Shown here in pieces: positions 1 to 8,195 of a stretch of DNA of 30,325 nt (positions within the stretch are counted from its first letter, which is position 1; each line of letters begins with the position of its first letter). The DNA lies in IMG/VR virus record IMGVR_UViG_3300030332_000935, positions 1 through 30,325 of that record. One strand, written 5' to 3'. This stretch comes from a virus (Duplodnaviria; Caudoviricetes). Both the position numbers and the translations under genes were made by a program. The notes under the pieces were generated by a model. It worked only from the letters and a program-made list of their open reading frames with translations. It made no database searches and had not been told where the DNA came from.

Positions 1-2
1 GA

Positions 3-170
3 ACAAGTGGGGAGATGGAAATGGCCCACTGGCCTAGGCTTTGGCAGAAAATCGCTGATGATAGGAGTCTTCCGTCTGAATCTGAGGCGATAGGTGTAGA
101 AGACCTACCAGTCTTTGCCGACTGGCAGAGAGAATTGGATATACTGAGAAAGATGGATGGGTTGATATGA
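3..170 (+). CDS. Hypothetical protein, probably 5'-truncated
   Basis: Frame 3 is open from the window start (…WPRLWQKIADD…KMDGLI*). Its TGA overlaps the next ATG (ATGA at 167-170). Confidence 0.6.
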   Translation, partial: TSGEMEMAHWPRLWQKIADDRSLPSESEAIGVEDLPVFADWQRELDILRKMDGLI

Positions 171-367
171 GCGCACATTTCCCTGAAGTACCTTTCAGCG
201 TCAGCAAAAGCATGTGGGACAACTACTACACTGTTCAGAAGGGCGGTAGCATGAATATGATGGGGCATCATGCTATCGGCTACTTCTGCAGAGGCAACCA
301 CTACAAGTTGGCATTTGAGTGGTTTGAAACAGACGGTAACACAGAAGACCTAGAGATTACGGAGTGA
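167..367 (+). CDS. Hypothetical protein (66 aa)
   Basis: ATGA-coupled to the upstream ORF; acidic C-terminus. Confidence 0.65.
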   Translation: MSAHFPEVPFSVSKSMWDNYYTVQKGGSMNMMGHHAIGYFCRGNHYKLAFEWFETDGNTEDLEITE

Positions 368-372
368 TTAGG

Positions 373-831
373 ATGGGAACTAGATGTCTAACTGTAATGA
401 AGAATGGAGATGGTGATGAGACTGCTGTGCTGTATAGGCAATACGATGGCTACCCTACAGGGCATGGAGACGAACTGGTCTCCTTCCTACAGTCTAGGAC
501 TTTGACCAACGGGCTATCATTCCCCAAGCCGGAAGGTATAGGGATGCGAGCCAACGGAGCAGCATGTCTGTTCGCCCAGTTGGTCACCCATTTCAAGGAA
601 CAGGAAATGGAAGCAGGGTTCTACCTGCACCCACCTGGAACTAGAGACTGCGGAGAGGAATACATCTACACGGTGAAAGTACCTAAGATGTTGAAGAATG
701 TGGGGCCGTTAAATGACTGCTATGAAGGTTTGAGCATCAACCTCGAGTGTAAGGATGTGTACAGTGGAAGAGACCTGTTCAACGGCTCTATAGAGACTTG
801 GCAAGGAGGGCACTACTATGCTGATAACTGA
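373..831 (+). CDS. Conserved phage hypothetical protein (MGTR…YRQYDGYP.G.G family)
   Basis: The MGTRC…LYRQYDGYPTGHG and EEYIY motifs resemble a widespread phage family. Start is ATG 373 or GTG 364. Confidence 0.7.
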   Translation: MGTRCLTVMKNGDGDETAVLYRQYDGYPTGHGDELVSFLQSRTLTNGLSFPKPEGIGMRANGAACLFAQLVTHFKEQEMEAGFYLHPPGTRDCGEEYIYTVKVPKMLKNVGPLNDCYEGLSINLECKDVYSGRDLFNGSIETWQGGHYYADN

Positions 832-1060
832 TAACCTAGAACTGCTCATATTCGGCATACTCATAGGCCTCGCGGTGGCACTATACTACAAGATTGGAGT
901 AGTGATGGACGATTTCCAGCAGACAAATAGAGAGAACCTAGCGCACATCATGGCCATAAACACATTCGTGGCCGCTGGGATGATTTCCATAGACCACTAC
1001 AACGAGATGTTTGAGATGTATCACAACGCGTTGATATCAGCAGAGGAGGAAGAGGAATGA
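818..1060 (+). CDS. Small membrane protein
   Basis: N-terminal hydrophobic helix LLIFGILIGLAVALYY; GGAGG upstream; EEEEE* end. Confidence 0.7.
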   Translation: MLITDNLELLIFGILIGLAVALYYKIGVVMDDFQQTNRENLAHIMAINTFVAAGMISIDHYNEMFEMYHNALISAEEEEE

Positions 1061-1213
1061 GTAAAACATACGAGTTCAAAATAGGAATGATTGGTATGGG
1101 AGATACTCCCGAAAAGGCGTGGACAGACGCTGTGCATTACATGCTTGAGAACATCAAAGAGATGTATGTTTTGCCGAGCGAGTTCAAAGTGATAGAGGAG
1201 GAAGAGGAATGAG
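1042..1213 (+). repeat. 20-nt perfect direct repeat AGAGGAGGAAGAGGAATGAG flanking the 51-aa ORF
   Basis: Identical copies at 1042-1061 and 1194-1213. Confidence 0.9.
1057..1212 (+). CDS. Hypothetical protein (51 aa, not in ORF track)
   Basis: MSKTYEFKIG…VIEEEEE*, with ATGA overlaps at both ends. Confidence 0.75.
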   Translation: MSKTYEFKIGMIGMGDTPEKAWTDAVHYMLENIKEMYVLPSEFKVIEEEEE

Positions 1214-1637
1214 CAATGAGCAGATAAGAGAAACCTTAGCGGCGGGTAAGGAGTTCATAGATGGGGATTGGGACGAAGACCATCCAGACGAACATCAGTG
1301 GAAAGAGCACTTGCCCTTTGGCTATGCGGCAGATGGGGTGAGAGTTAGGAGTTGCAAAAAGTGTGGACTATCGCTCGTGTTCAACCTAGATTCCCAAAAG
1401 GACGCATTGATTGAAGGAGGTGAAGCCCCTAAACAGATGTGCGGAGAGGAACCTCAACCACAACCTTGGACTGTAGAGGTCAATGTTCGGTATGAACTCA
1501 ACGGGGTAATAGCACCATCTGAGGAAGAAGCGATAGAGGTTGTTGAAGAGTTCATCTCAGCGGAGAGTCTACCTCAAATATACCCCAGCAGCAAATACTC
1601 ATCGGAAGAGATTGAAATGGAGGCTTGGGAGGAATGA
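1209..1637 (+). CDS. Hypothetical acidic protein; CxxC motif plus a C-terminal DpnD/PcfM-like 'V.A.SEEEA' domain
   Basis: SCKKCG motif; WTVEVNVRY…VIAPSEEEAIEVV. Confidence 0.7.
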   Translation: MSNEQIRETLAAGKEFIDGDWDEDHPDEHQWKEHLPFGYAADGVRVRSCKKCGLSLVFNLDSQKDALIEGGEAPKQMCGEEPQPQPWTVEVNVRYELNGVIAPSEEEAIEVVEEFISAESLPQIYPSSKYSSEEIEMEAWEE

Positions 1638-1855
1638 CCATCCACCTCGATTACGAAAAAATGAAGAGACTTGCCTGCTTTGTAGCGAGTCAACATGTAG
1701 CAGAATATGACCGAGATACTGTTCAGTCCTTGGTCGAAAAAGTTGGCTGGGAAGTCGCCGATAATTTCTATGAAACATATTGTAATACATTCGATGTATA
1801 TGTGGGCCATATCAGAAAATGGATTGACGAGATGGCAGCAGAGGAGGACGATTGA
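1634..1855 (+). CDS. Hypothetical protein
   Basis: ATGA overlap at 1634-1637 (MTIHLDYEK…). Confidence 0.7.
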   Translation: MTIHLDYEKMKRLACFVASQHVAEYDRDTVQSLVEKVGWEVADNFYETYCNTFDVYVGHIRKWIDEMAAEEDD

Positions 1856-2179
1856 ATGACCACCACCACAGAGATAGAAAGGAAACTAGCCAAACTAGCA
1901 GAGTATGAAGCGATAGAGGCAAAGAAGGAGAAATGGGCTCCTTACCACGAGTTGGAAACGAAACTGCACGAGGTGTATCAGGCTAAGAGGAGAGTAGACG
2001 ATGCCGCCGCTTACGCAGAAGAAGCAGACCAGTTGTGCCGAGATATAGGCGTCTACCCTTCTCATCACGCTACCGACGAACTGTGGGAATGCTCTTGGGA
2101 GATAGATAAACTGATTGAACAGACTGAGAAAGAGTTGGAAAACCTGTATGGAAAACTAGAGAAGGAGGAAGAAGAATGA
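1856..2179 (+). CDS. Hypothetical coiled-coil protein
   Basis: Helical E/K-rich sequence; TGAATG junction; EEEE* end. Confidence 0.75.
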   Translation: MTTTTEIERKLAKLAEYEAIEAKKEKWAPYHELETKLHEVYQAKRRVDDAAAYAEEADQLCRDIGVYPSHHATDELWECSWEIDKLIEQTEKELENLYGKLEKEEEE

Positions 2180-2502
2180 AGAAGATTAGATGCCCCAGAT
2201 GTAGTGGGAAAGGAGTAACTGTAGACCATGTAGAGGCTGATGGTGGTGGCTTTACTATGAGTGAATGGTCAGAAATGGATGATGATTTTAGAGAGGGCTA
2301 TATGAGTGGTTGCTATGATAAGCGGTGTTCAGAATGTAATGGTAGTGGAAAAGTAGAGATAACCGTTAGAACCGTTTGCGACTGTGGAACAGAGTTAACA
2401 CAACAACTGATGGATGCTAACTTCTTTTATTGTTCCAATAGATGTGCAGATTTAGATTATTATTGTGGTTGTGGCCAAAATGGTTGTGGATGGTGTATGT
2501 GA
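2176..2502 (+). CDS. DnaJ-type zinc-finger protein
   Basis: CPRCSGKG and CSECNGSG repeats plus a Cys-rich tail. Confidence 0.75.
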   Translation: MKKIRCPRCSGKGVTVDHVEADGGGFTMSEWSEMDDDFREGYMSGCYDKRCSECNGSGKVEITVRTVCDCGTELTQQLMDANFFYCSNRCADLDYYCGCGQNGCGWCM

Positions 2503-2843
2503 TGAAGAAGAAGTGGAAGGCGAAGTTCGCAGAGAGCAGAAACGACCCTGCCTTTTGGAAGGGGTTGAAGGTAGGAGATGAGGTGTGTGGGCGACTTGTG
2601 AATAGCACAGCGCAAACCATGACCTGTTGCGGCTGGCCTTTGCTTGATGACTTGATGAGCGATGAAGGCACAGATTGGATGGTATGCCGATGCGTTGAGT
2701 GTGGGTCATGTGGTAGTATCATCAAGGCTGATGACCCCTACTGGCAGGACGACATGGCTGACTACTGTTCAGAGGAAGGCAGGGATTGGGACGGCGAAGG
2801 AGACTGCCCTTGCCCGTTGCTATCCGCAGAGGAGGCGGAGTGA
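2502..2843 (+). CDS. Cys-rich hypothetical protein
   Basis: TGATG overlap at 2500-2504 gives MKKKWKAK…; CRCVECGSCG motif. Confidence 0.7.
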   Translation: MKKKWKAKFAESRNDPAFWKGLKVGDEVCGRLVNSTAQTMTCCGWPLLDDLMSDEGTDWMVCRCVECGSCGSIIKADDPYWQDDMADYCSEEGRDWDGEGDCPCPLLSAEEAE

Positions 2844-3005
2844 ATGATACCAAGTGAAGCCACTCTGTGCAAACATCATGGTGATAAACCGAAGGGAACT
2901 TGCCCTGGATGTCTGAGAGTTGAGATTAATAAACTGAAGAAAGAGAGAGATTACTACAAGGCACAATACCAATGTAGTTGTGGGAAAGGAGGAGATGAAA
3001 AATGA
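2844..3005 (+). CDS. Small Cys/His protein (53 aa, not in track)
   Basis: MIPSEATLCKHH…CPGC…CSCGKGGDEK*; coupled to neighbours on both sides. Confidence 0.7.
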   Translation: MIPSEATLCKHHGDKPKGTCPGCLRVEINKLKKERDYYKAQYQCSCGKGGDEK

Positions 3006-3133
3006 AAGATAACAATATAGATAAATGGTCAGAACAACATGTAGGAAGCCTAGCATTGACGAGAACCGTAGTGGGTTTCATCAATGTAGCCTTGAGCGTC
3101 ATAGTAGTGTTCAAGTTATTCGAGGTGATATGA
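3002..3133 (+). CDS. Small membrane protein (43 aa, not in track)
   Basis: MKDNNIDKW…VVGFINVALSVIVVFKLFEVI*; ATGA overlaps at both ends. Confidence 0.7.
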   Translation: MKDNNIDKWSEQHVGSLALTRTVVGFINVALSVIVVFKLFEVI

Positions 3134-3438
3134 TGAATAGAGAAGAATACGATAGAATACAGAACTGTGACCACATGGGAGCCGATTGGATTGAGTGGGG
3201 TAATCTTGTATGGGGTGACGGGAGAGGGCAATGTCCCGACTGTAACGCTATACTAGACGACATCCAAATCAAGACAGGGGCCATCTGTAATGATGAGGGT
3301 GAGGATTTAGAAGATTTCGACACAGATTTATTCTGCCATACCTGCGACGAGTATGACGAAGAAGGTTGTGGAGAGTGCCACACCTGCACTAACTGTGTTA
3401 ATCTGAAAGCGAGACATCAATGTGGGGGGTGTCCATGA
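3130..3438 (+). CDS. Cys-rich zinc-binding protein
   Basis: GAGGTGA SD before ATG 3130; CPDC, CHTC (x2) and CTNC motifs. Confidence 0.7.
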   Translation: MMNREEYDRIQNCDHMGADWIEWGNLVWGDGRGQCPDCNAILDDIQIKTGAICNDEGEDLEDFDTDLFCHTCDEYDEEGCGECHTCTNCVNLKARHQCGGCP

Positions 3439-3524
3439 TGTGGGGCATTGAATGGGACTGGACTATAGCAATGTTCCTTGGAATGGGCGCATTCATGCTG
3501 ATATACCTATGGTGGGTGTTATGA
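3435..3524 (+). CDS. Hydrophobic micropeptide (29 aa, not in track)
   Basis: MMWGIEWDWTIAMFLGMGAFMLIYLWWVL*; ATGA overlaps at both ends. Confidence 0.6.
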   Translation: MMWGIEWDWTIAMFLGMGAFMLIYLWWVL

Positions 3525-3748
3525 TACCACCTTGGCCCCCTGCGGCTCGTCACATCATTACAGGCATAAGCAAAGCCGACAGGGAGATGTATGATGAGGA
3601 CCGATGCGGTCCTGTGTATCATGAGAGTTATAGCCCGTTGCTAACTCTAGAATGGAATTGGTGCAACAAGGGCTTCGGCCTAGAGGGACACCTACCAAAC
3701 ACCGAAGGAGCCCCCTTCTGTACATGGTGTGGGAGGGAGATAGAATGA
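3521..3748 (+). CDS. Hypothetical protein with C-terminal CxxC
   Basis: ATG 3521 (MIPPWPP…) is coupled to the micropeptide stop; ends FCTWCGREIE. Confidence 0.65.
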   Translation: MIPPWPPAARHIITGISKADREMYDEDRCGPVYHESYSPLLTLEWNWCNKGFGLEGHLPNTEGAPFCTWCGREIE

Positions 3749-3876
3749 ATGTGTGGACAATATGTGTCGAATGCGAAGCCGTGTCTAGCCCAACCGTCCA
3801 AAAGATGCTAGGCCATTCCCGGTGTAGAAGATGTGGTGGAGGAACTGTGGAATGGGATAAGGGGGAAGAGGAATGA
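3745..3876 (+). CDS. Zinc-ribbon microprotein (43 aa)
   Basis: CVEC…CRRCGG; ATGA overlaps at both ends. Confidence 0.7.
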   Translation: MNVWTICVECEAVSSPTVQKMLGHSRCRRCGGGTVEWDKGEEE

Positions 3877-4202
3877 GAATGCCACAAGTTGCACCTCATT
3901 GCGAGTATTGCGGGAGAATCCTTTGGGGGAGAGCCTGCAATTGCGACAAGCAACCAAGCCTCAAGAGAAAACTCACAGGCTGGTTCGATGTGAACTCAGA
4001 TGGAGAACTGACGGTGGAAGACCTCAATATCATAGCCATAGGTCATCATTGGATGCTCATAGGTGGGCTGTTCATCTTCGTTGGCTCGATAGGCAATGTG
4101 TTAGGTTGGTGGGCCATCAACTCAGACGCATTTTGGGCAGCAGCAGGGCTTGCAGCCATAATGGAATACAGAGACGACATCAAAAGGGGGAGGAGACAAT
4201 GA
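3873..4202 (+). CDS. Membrane protein with N-terminal Zn knuckle and EF-hand-like loop
   Basis: CEYCG…CNC; DVNSDGELTVED; two hydrophobic segments. Confidence 0.7.
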   Translation: MRMPQVAPHCEYCGRILWGRACNCDKQPSLKRKLTGWFDVNSDGELTVEDLNIIAIGHHWMLIGGLFIFVGSIGNVLGWWAINSDAFWAAAGLAAIMEYRDDIKRGRRQ

Positions 4203-4504
4203 ACACAGACGACTACGAAGGACACACACCGGGGCCGTGGAAGTTAACCGAAGGCGACCAGTATGATGATGACTGGCCTTGGTTGGACATAGTTGCTGAG
4301 AACGGATACGAGATTCAAGAATGTGTTGGTTTTTCCGACGCTAAACCCGGACCCGATGTGCGCTTGATGGTAGACGCACCACTACTGCTCGCAGAAGTCA
4401 AGCGGTTGCGTAAAAACGAGAGTGAACTCTTGTCGGCCATAAGCCAAGTTCGGGAACGCGTCTACAAAGAGTTGATACAGAAAATGAAGGAGTTGATTGA
4501 ATGA
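4199..4504 (+). CDS. HTPGPW…APxLL family phage protein, copy 1
   Basis: MNTDDYEGHTPGPW…DAPLLLAEVKRL; start ATG 4199 via ATGA overlap. Confidence 0.85.
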   Translation: MNTDDYEGHTPGPWKLTEGDQYDDDWPWLDIVAENGYEIQECVGFSDAKPGPDVRLMVDAPLLLAEVKRLRKNESELLSAISQVRERVYKELIQKMKELIE

Positions 4505-4941
4505 ACACAGACGATTACGAAGGACACACAGAAGGGCCGTGGGATGCAGACGCACCACTCGGAATATACCTCAAGGTGGGCCAAACCATATCAGCAGCAG
4601 ACGCACGGCTCATAGCCGCCGCACCTGACCTACTCGCAGAAGTCAAGCGGTTGCGGTACTTAGAGAAGTATGAACCTGCCTTCCAAGTCTATGCGTCTAT
4701 TGATGACGAAAGAAACGATGAAGGCGACCCTATCGGAGAACCTATGCCTGAGTTAAAACATCTGAGTGGTTCAGATGAGTTCCATTACATAGGTTTTGAT
4801 TCAGTAAAAGAATGTGAAGAATACATTGCTGATTTACCTAAAGGTTGGTGGGGTCACATTGAAGTGATTGAATGGTACGAACCTGCTCAGAATCCTCAAC
4901 TGAAAACGCTAAGTGAATGGCAAGAGAGTGAGGAAGAATGA
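4501..4941 (+). CDS. HTPGPW…APxLL family phage protein, copy 2
   Basis: MNTDDYEGHTEGPW…LIAAAPDLLAEVKRL. Confidence 0.85.
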   Translation: MNTDDYEGHTEGPWDADAPLGIYLKVGQTISAADARLIAAAPDLLAEVKRLRYLEKYEPAFQVYASIDDERNDEGDPIGEPMPELKHLSGSDEFHYIGFDSVKECEEYIADLPKGWWGHIEVIEWYEPAQNPQLKTLSEWQESEEE

Positions 4942-5300
4942 ACACAGACGACTACGAAGGACACACACCGGGGCCGTGGAAATGGGCTGAACATACCGGA
5001 GGAAATCAATTGTGGGGTGTAAGTATTGTGATTGATGATGGATGGACTGATTGCTTAAACTGTGGTAGCACTAAAAACTCACTATGGGATTATACTTCTC
5101 CCGCAGATATGGAACTCATAGCCGCCGCACCCGACCTGCTTGCAGAAGTCAAGCGGTTGCATGAGGTGTTAGTAACCCTCAAAGGAACCATAGACGGTTA
5201 TATCCGTGATGAATGGGATGGGAACCTCGAAGGATGGCAGTGTGCATCAGATAACATCGCTGCACTAGGCATCAAATCAGAATGGGAGGAAGAAGAATGA
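4938..5300 (+). CDS. HTPGPW…APxLL family phage protein, copy 3
   Basis: MNTDDYEGHTPGPW…LIAAAPDLLAEVKRL. Confidence 0.85.
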   Translation: MNTDDYEGHTPGPWKWAEHTGGNQLWGVSIVIDDGWTDCLNCGSTKNSLWDYTSPADMELIAAAPDLLAEVKRLHEVLVTLKGTIDGYIRDEWDGNLEGWQCASDNIAALGIKSEWEEEE

Positions 5301-5551
5301 TACAACTAGTGAGATTTACCGAGGACGGGACCTTGGGTTGCAACAAGGAGATAACTCCACAGGTTGAGAAGAAAGGTATCATTTTCATACTCACTGGAGC
5401 ACTTGGTGCCATTAACAGGACTATCAGCCACAGTTCAAATCAAGACCATATCTACTGTGGAATGGAGTCAATACATCTTAATGAGGGAAATCCCCTGTAT
5501 TTCCTCTGTGGAGATTGCTATTTGGAGAGCGTATACGGTGGTGATGAATGA
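5297..5551 (+). CDS. Hypothetical protein
   Basis: ATGA overlap at 5297; CGDC motif. Confidence 0.65.
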   Translation: MIQLVRFTEDGTLGCNKEITPQVEKKGIIFILTGALGAINRTISHSSNQDHIYCGMESIHLNEGNPLYFLCGDCYLESVYGGDE

Positions 5552-5895
5552 TGAGTAAACTGATTAGCGAGGAAGATATGTATTGGATTTCCTATGCATG
5601 GCATCAAGGACACAGATTGGATGCATATGAAGACAGTAACAGACCACATTGTGAGAACGAGGATGGGACATTGCACGCAGACAGGATGGGACGCTTGGAA
5701 GAGGCATTAGAACAAACTGATTGGTTCTCAAAGATGCAAGCCAAGTATGATGATAATTTCTTGGATTGGCACTATGATAACAGCGCAGAAGACCTAGATG
5801 CATTGGGATATAGGAAAGAAGTAGTTACCGCGAAGATGGTGCAATACGCAATGGAAGCATCGTTTGGACATGAATTAGGAGATGAGGAGGAATGA
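5548..5895 (+). CDS. Hypothetical acidic protein
   Basis: GGTGGTGA SD; coupled to neighbours; DEEE* end. Confidence 0.7.
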   Translation: MMSKLISEEDMYWISYAWHQGHRLDAYEDSNRPHCENEDGTLHADRMGRLEEALEQTDWFSKMQAKYDDNFLDWHYDNSAEDLDALGYRKEVVTAKMVQYAMEASFGHELGDEEE

Positions 5896-6047
5896 AGAAA
5901 ATCTGCGTTATTTGCAGTGAGCCATCTCGATATACCCTAGATAGGGGGCTGCCAACCGCAGTCAAACTGTGCAAGGCCTGTTTCATGGAGGGCGAATACT
6001 GGAAACACCCTACCCCAGATTTTAGCCACTTGGAGGAAGAGGAATGA
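5892..6047 (+). CDS. Zinc-finger microprotein (51 aa, not in track)
   Basis: MKKICVICSE…LCKACF…LEEEE*. Confidence 0.75.
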   Translation: MKKICVICSEPSRYTLDRGLPTAVKLCKACFMEGEYWKHPTPDFSHLEEEE

Positions 6048-6280
6048 AGCCTACCTGCCCTAAATGTGGTAGTCACGAAATCGTCACCATTGAAGAAATG
6101 CAGGGAAGTGCTGGCATTATTGATATCAGCAAGGGAACCCCCGAATGGGATGGCTATACTGAAGTCCACTGGGACAGTATGGAAACCATTGGTATCGCCT
6201 GCACAAGATGTCTCTATGAGGAAATGGCGGTGGATGGTTTCGATTACAATGATTGGACTAAGAAGGAAGTGAAAAAATGA
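6044..6280 (+). CDS. Zinc-ribbon protein
   Basis: CPKCGS…CTRC. Confidence 0.75.
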   Translation: MKPTCPKCGSHEIVTIEEMQGSAGIIDISKGTPEWDGYTEVHWDSMETIGIACTRCLYEEMAVDGFDYNDWTKKEVKK

Positions 6281-7995
6281 CCAAGACAATTACAGTCAGT
6301 TACAAACCACCCGATAAACTGTCGATGAAGTGGCCCTACAAGCCTAACTACACAGACATCAACTCAGCGGTGAAGTCTTGTGGGATGGCTAAATGGAGGC
6401 CCAAGGATAAGGAGTGGGTCATACCTGCTTCCTCTGGTATACAAGTCGCCAAGGCTATCAAGCCACACTATCCTGAACTCTCCGAAGCAATACTCGCCGT
6501 CCCCGAAGTGAATAGTGCTCACGAAAATGTCGCAAAGAGAGTCCTCCTAAGTAGCGCGATAGATGCGGAACCAATATGGCTCGCTGGACTCAAGAACGGA
6601 GACCTCGTGAGACCTTACCAATGGGTAGCACCTCACATGTTTTCAGTCGGAGGGCACAACAGGCTGCTCATAGCAGACGACATGGGATTGGGCAAGTCCC
6701 TCCAGGCTCTCCTGTGTATTCTCTCCGGCCAGTATCAGAGAGTGCTCATCGTCTGCCCCTCAGTAGTCAAGGTGAACTGGGCTAATGAGGTGGAGAAATG
6801 GACAGAGATGGATACATCATTGATATACGGTCAGACGAAGAAATACGAGACATCCCAAATCACGATTATCAATTATGATTTGCTACACGCGAGAGTGGAC
6901 GAATTACTCAAGGACGATTACGACTGTATCGTCTTCGATGAGTGCCACACACTCAAGAACCAAAAGACACAGAGAACACAAGCCGCCAAGAGATTGGCTA
7001 CTTGGCCCACAGTCAAGGGCATGATAGCCATGAGTGGCACACCCATTCTGAACAGACCTTCAGAGATATTCACCGTCCTCAACATGCTCAAGCCTTTCAC
7101 ATTCAACAACTACTACCTGTTCGGTAAGAAATACTGTGGAGCAATCCACAACGGATATGGCTGGAACTTCGATGGGGCTAGCAACATAGAGACTAGCGAC
7201 GATGGGGTGACCCCACCCCTCAATCACCTACTCAAAGACATCATGCTAAGGAGAACGATGGACGACCCGAGACTGTCAGACCAAATGCCTGACCTCTTAC
7301 AGACCATCGTGGAAGTGGACATCTCACGCTCGCAGTATGATATAGTCTACAACACCCTAATGGATGAGTTGGAGCATTACAGGACAACGGGTAGCGGAAG
7401 CATACCCCCTGGCCTCCTACTCAACATCCTCACAGACCTCAGACACGCTGCTGGTAGGGCTAAGATAAAGGCGGCAATGGATTGGATTTTGAACTACATA
7501 CGCACATACGACAAACCGATAGTGGTTTTCGCTCATCACAAAGATGTGGTCGAAGACCTACTCGCTGGTCTCAAGATAGAACTAGCGGGAGACAATTTCG
7601 TCTGTGGTATCACAGGTTCTACCCCAGATAAGCATAGGCAGGACTACATCCAATTATTCCAAGAGGGCTACTGTAAAGTCCTAGTTTGCAGCACGCTAGC
7701 CATGAAAGAGGGAATCAACCTCGACGCTGCAGACACCACACTATTCGTGGAGAGGGAGTGGGTTCCGGCCCATGAGAAGCAAGCAGCCTCGCGTGTGAGG
7801 CGCATCACACAAGAGAGCAATGTGTGCCATCAAGTTATTTTGAGTGCCGTCAACACGGTGGACACCCACTTCGACAAGGTCGTGAACGAGAAAACGGCCA
7901 TCGTGAAAGCGGCCCTAGATGGCTCAGAGGGGGATAAGATGATAGTCGCCCAAGCAATCGCAGACTCCCTACTAGCGGGGAGAACGCCGATATGA
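6277..7995 (+). CDS. SNF2-family (SMARCAL1/HARP-like) helicase/ATPase
   Basis: Motifs ADDMGLGKS (I), VCPSVV (Ia), DECH (II), SGTP (III), EGINL (V) and QAASRVRR (VI). Confidence 0.92.
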   Translation: MTKTITVSYKPPDKLSMKWPYKPNYTDINSAVKSCGMAKWRPKDKEWVIPASSGIQVAKAIKPHYPELSEAILAVPEVNSAHENVAKRVLLSSAIDAEPIWLAGLKNGDLVRPYQWVAPHMFSVGGHNRLLIADDMGLGKSLQALLCILSGQYQRVLIVCPSVVKVNWANEVEKWTEMDTSLIYGQTKKYETSQITIINYDLLHARVDELLKDDYDCIVFDECHTLKNQKTQRTQAAKRLATWPTVKGMIAMSGTPILNRPSEIFTVLNMLKPFTFNNYYLFGKKYCGAIHNGYGWNFDGASNIETSDDGVTPPLNHLLKDIMLRRTMDDPRLSDQMPDLLQTIVEVDISRSQYDIVYNTLMDELEHYRTTGSGSIPPGLLLNILTDLRHAAGRAKIKAAMDWILNYIRTYDKPIVVFAHHKDVVEDLLAGLKIELAGDNFVCGITGSTPDKHRQDYIQLFQEGYCKVLVCSTLAMKEGINLDAADTTLFVEREWVPAHEKQAASRVRRITQESNVCHQVILSAVNTVDTHFDKVVNEKTAIVKAALDGSEGDKMIVAQAIADSLLAGRTPI

Positions 7996-8195
7996 AAGAG
8001 GTCAAGAGATGCACAGAATGCGGCAACAGAGCCCCTGTTCATGTAGGACTAGGCAATAAACATTGGTGCAAGGGCTGTGCCCATTTAGCACCAGCGACCC
8101 CGAAACCACATGGGACAACAACAGATGACGGGCGCAAGAGAATCAAATGGAAAATAGGAGAGGAGAAGAATGGCGAGGATACTAGTAGCATGTGA
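7992..8195 (+). CDS. Zinc-finger protein
   Basis: CTECG…WCKGC. Confidence 0.7.
   Translation: MKEVKRCTECGNRAPVHVGLGNKHWCKGCAHLAPATPKPHGTTTDDGRKRIKWKIGEEKNGEDTSSM

Larger units (their letters stand above)
4199..5160 (+). repeat. Two interleaved direct-repeat families (A ~44 nt, B 19-nt core), three copies each
   Basis: A: 4199-4242 is identical to 4938-4981, and 4501-4542 matches 38/42. B: GCAGAAGTCAAGCGGTTGC at 4391-4409, 4636-4654 and 5142-5160. Confidence 0.92.

Noticed and set aside
3833-4198. N-terminal extension of the 223-aa track ORF
   Set aside because: It overlaps the 3873-4202 gene, and the paralogues show the true start is ATG 4199.
4199-5160. Repeats as a CRISPR array or a DGR template/variable repeat pair
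   Set aside because: The repeats are in-frame coding blocks separated by long, unequal coding segments. There is no reverse transcriptase in the window and no adenine-specific mismatch pattern.
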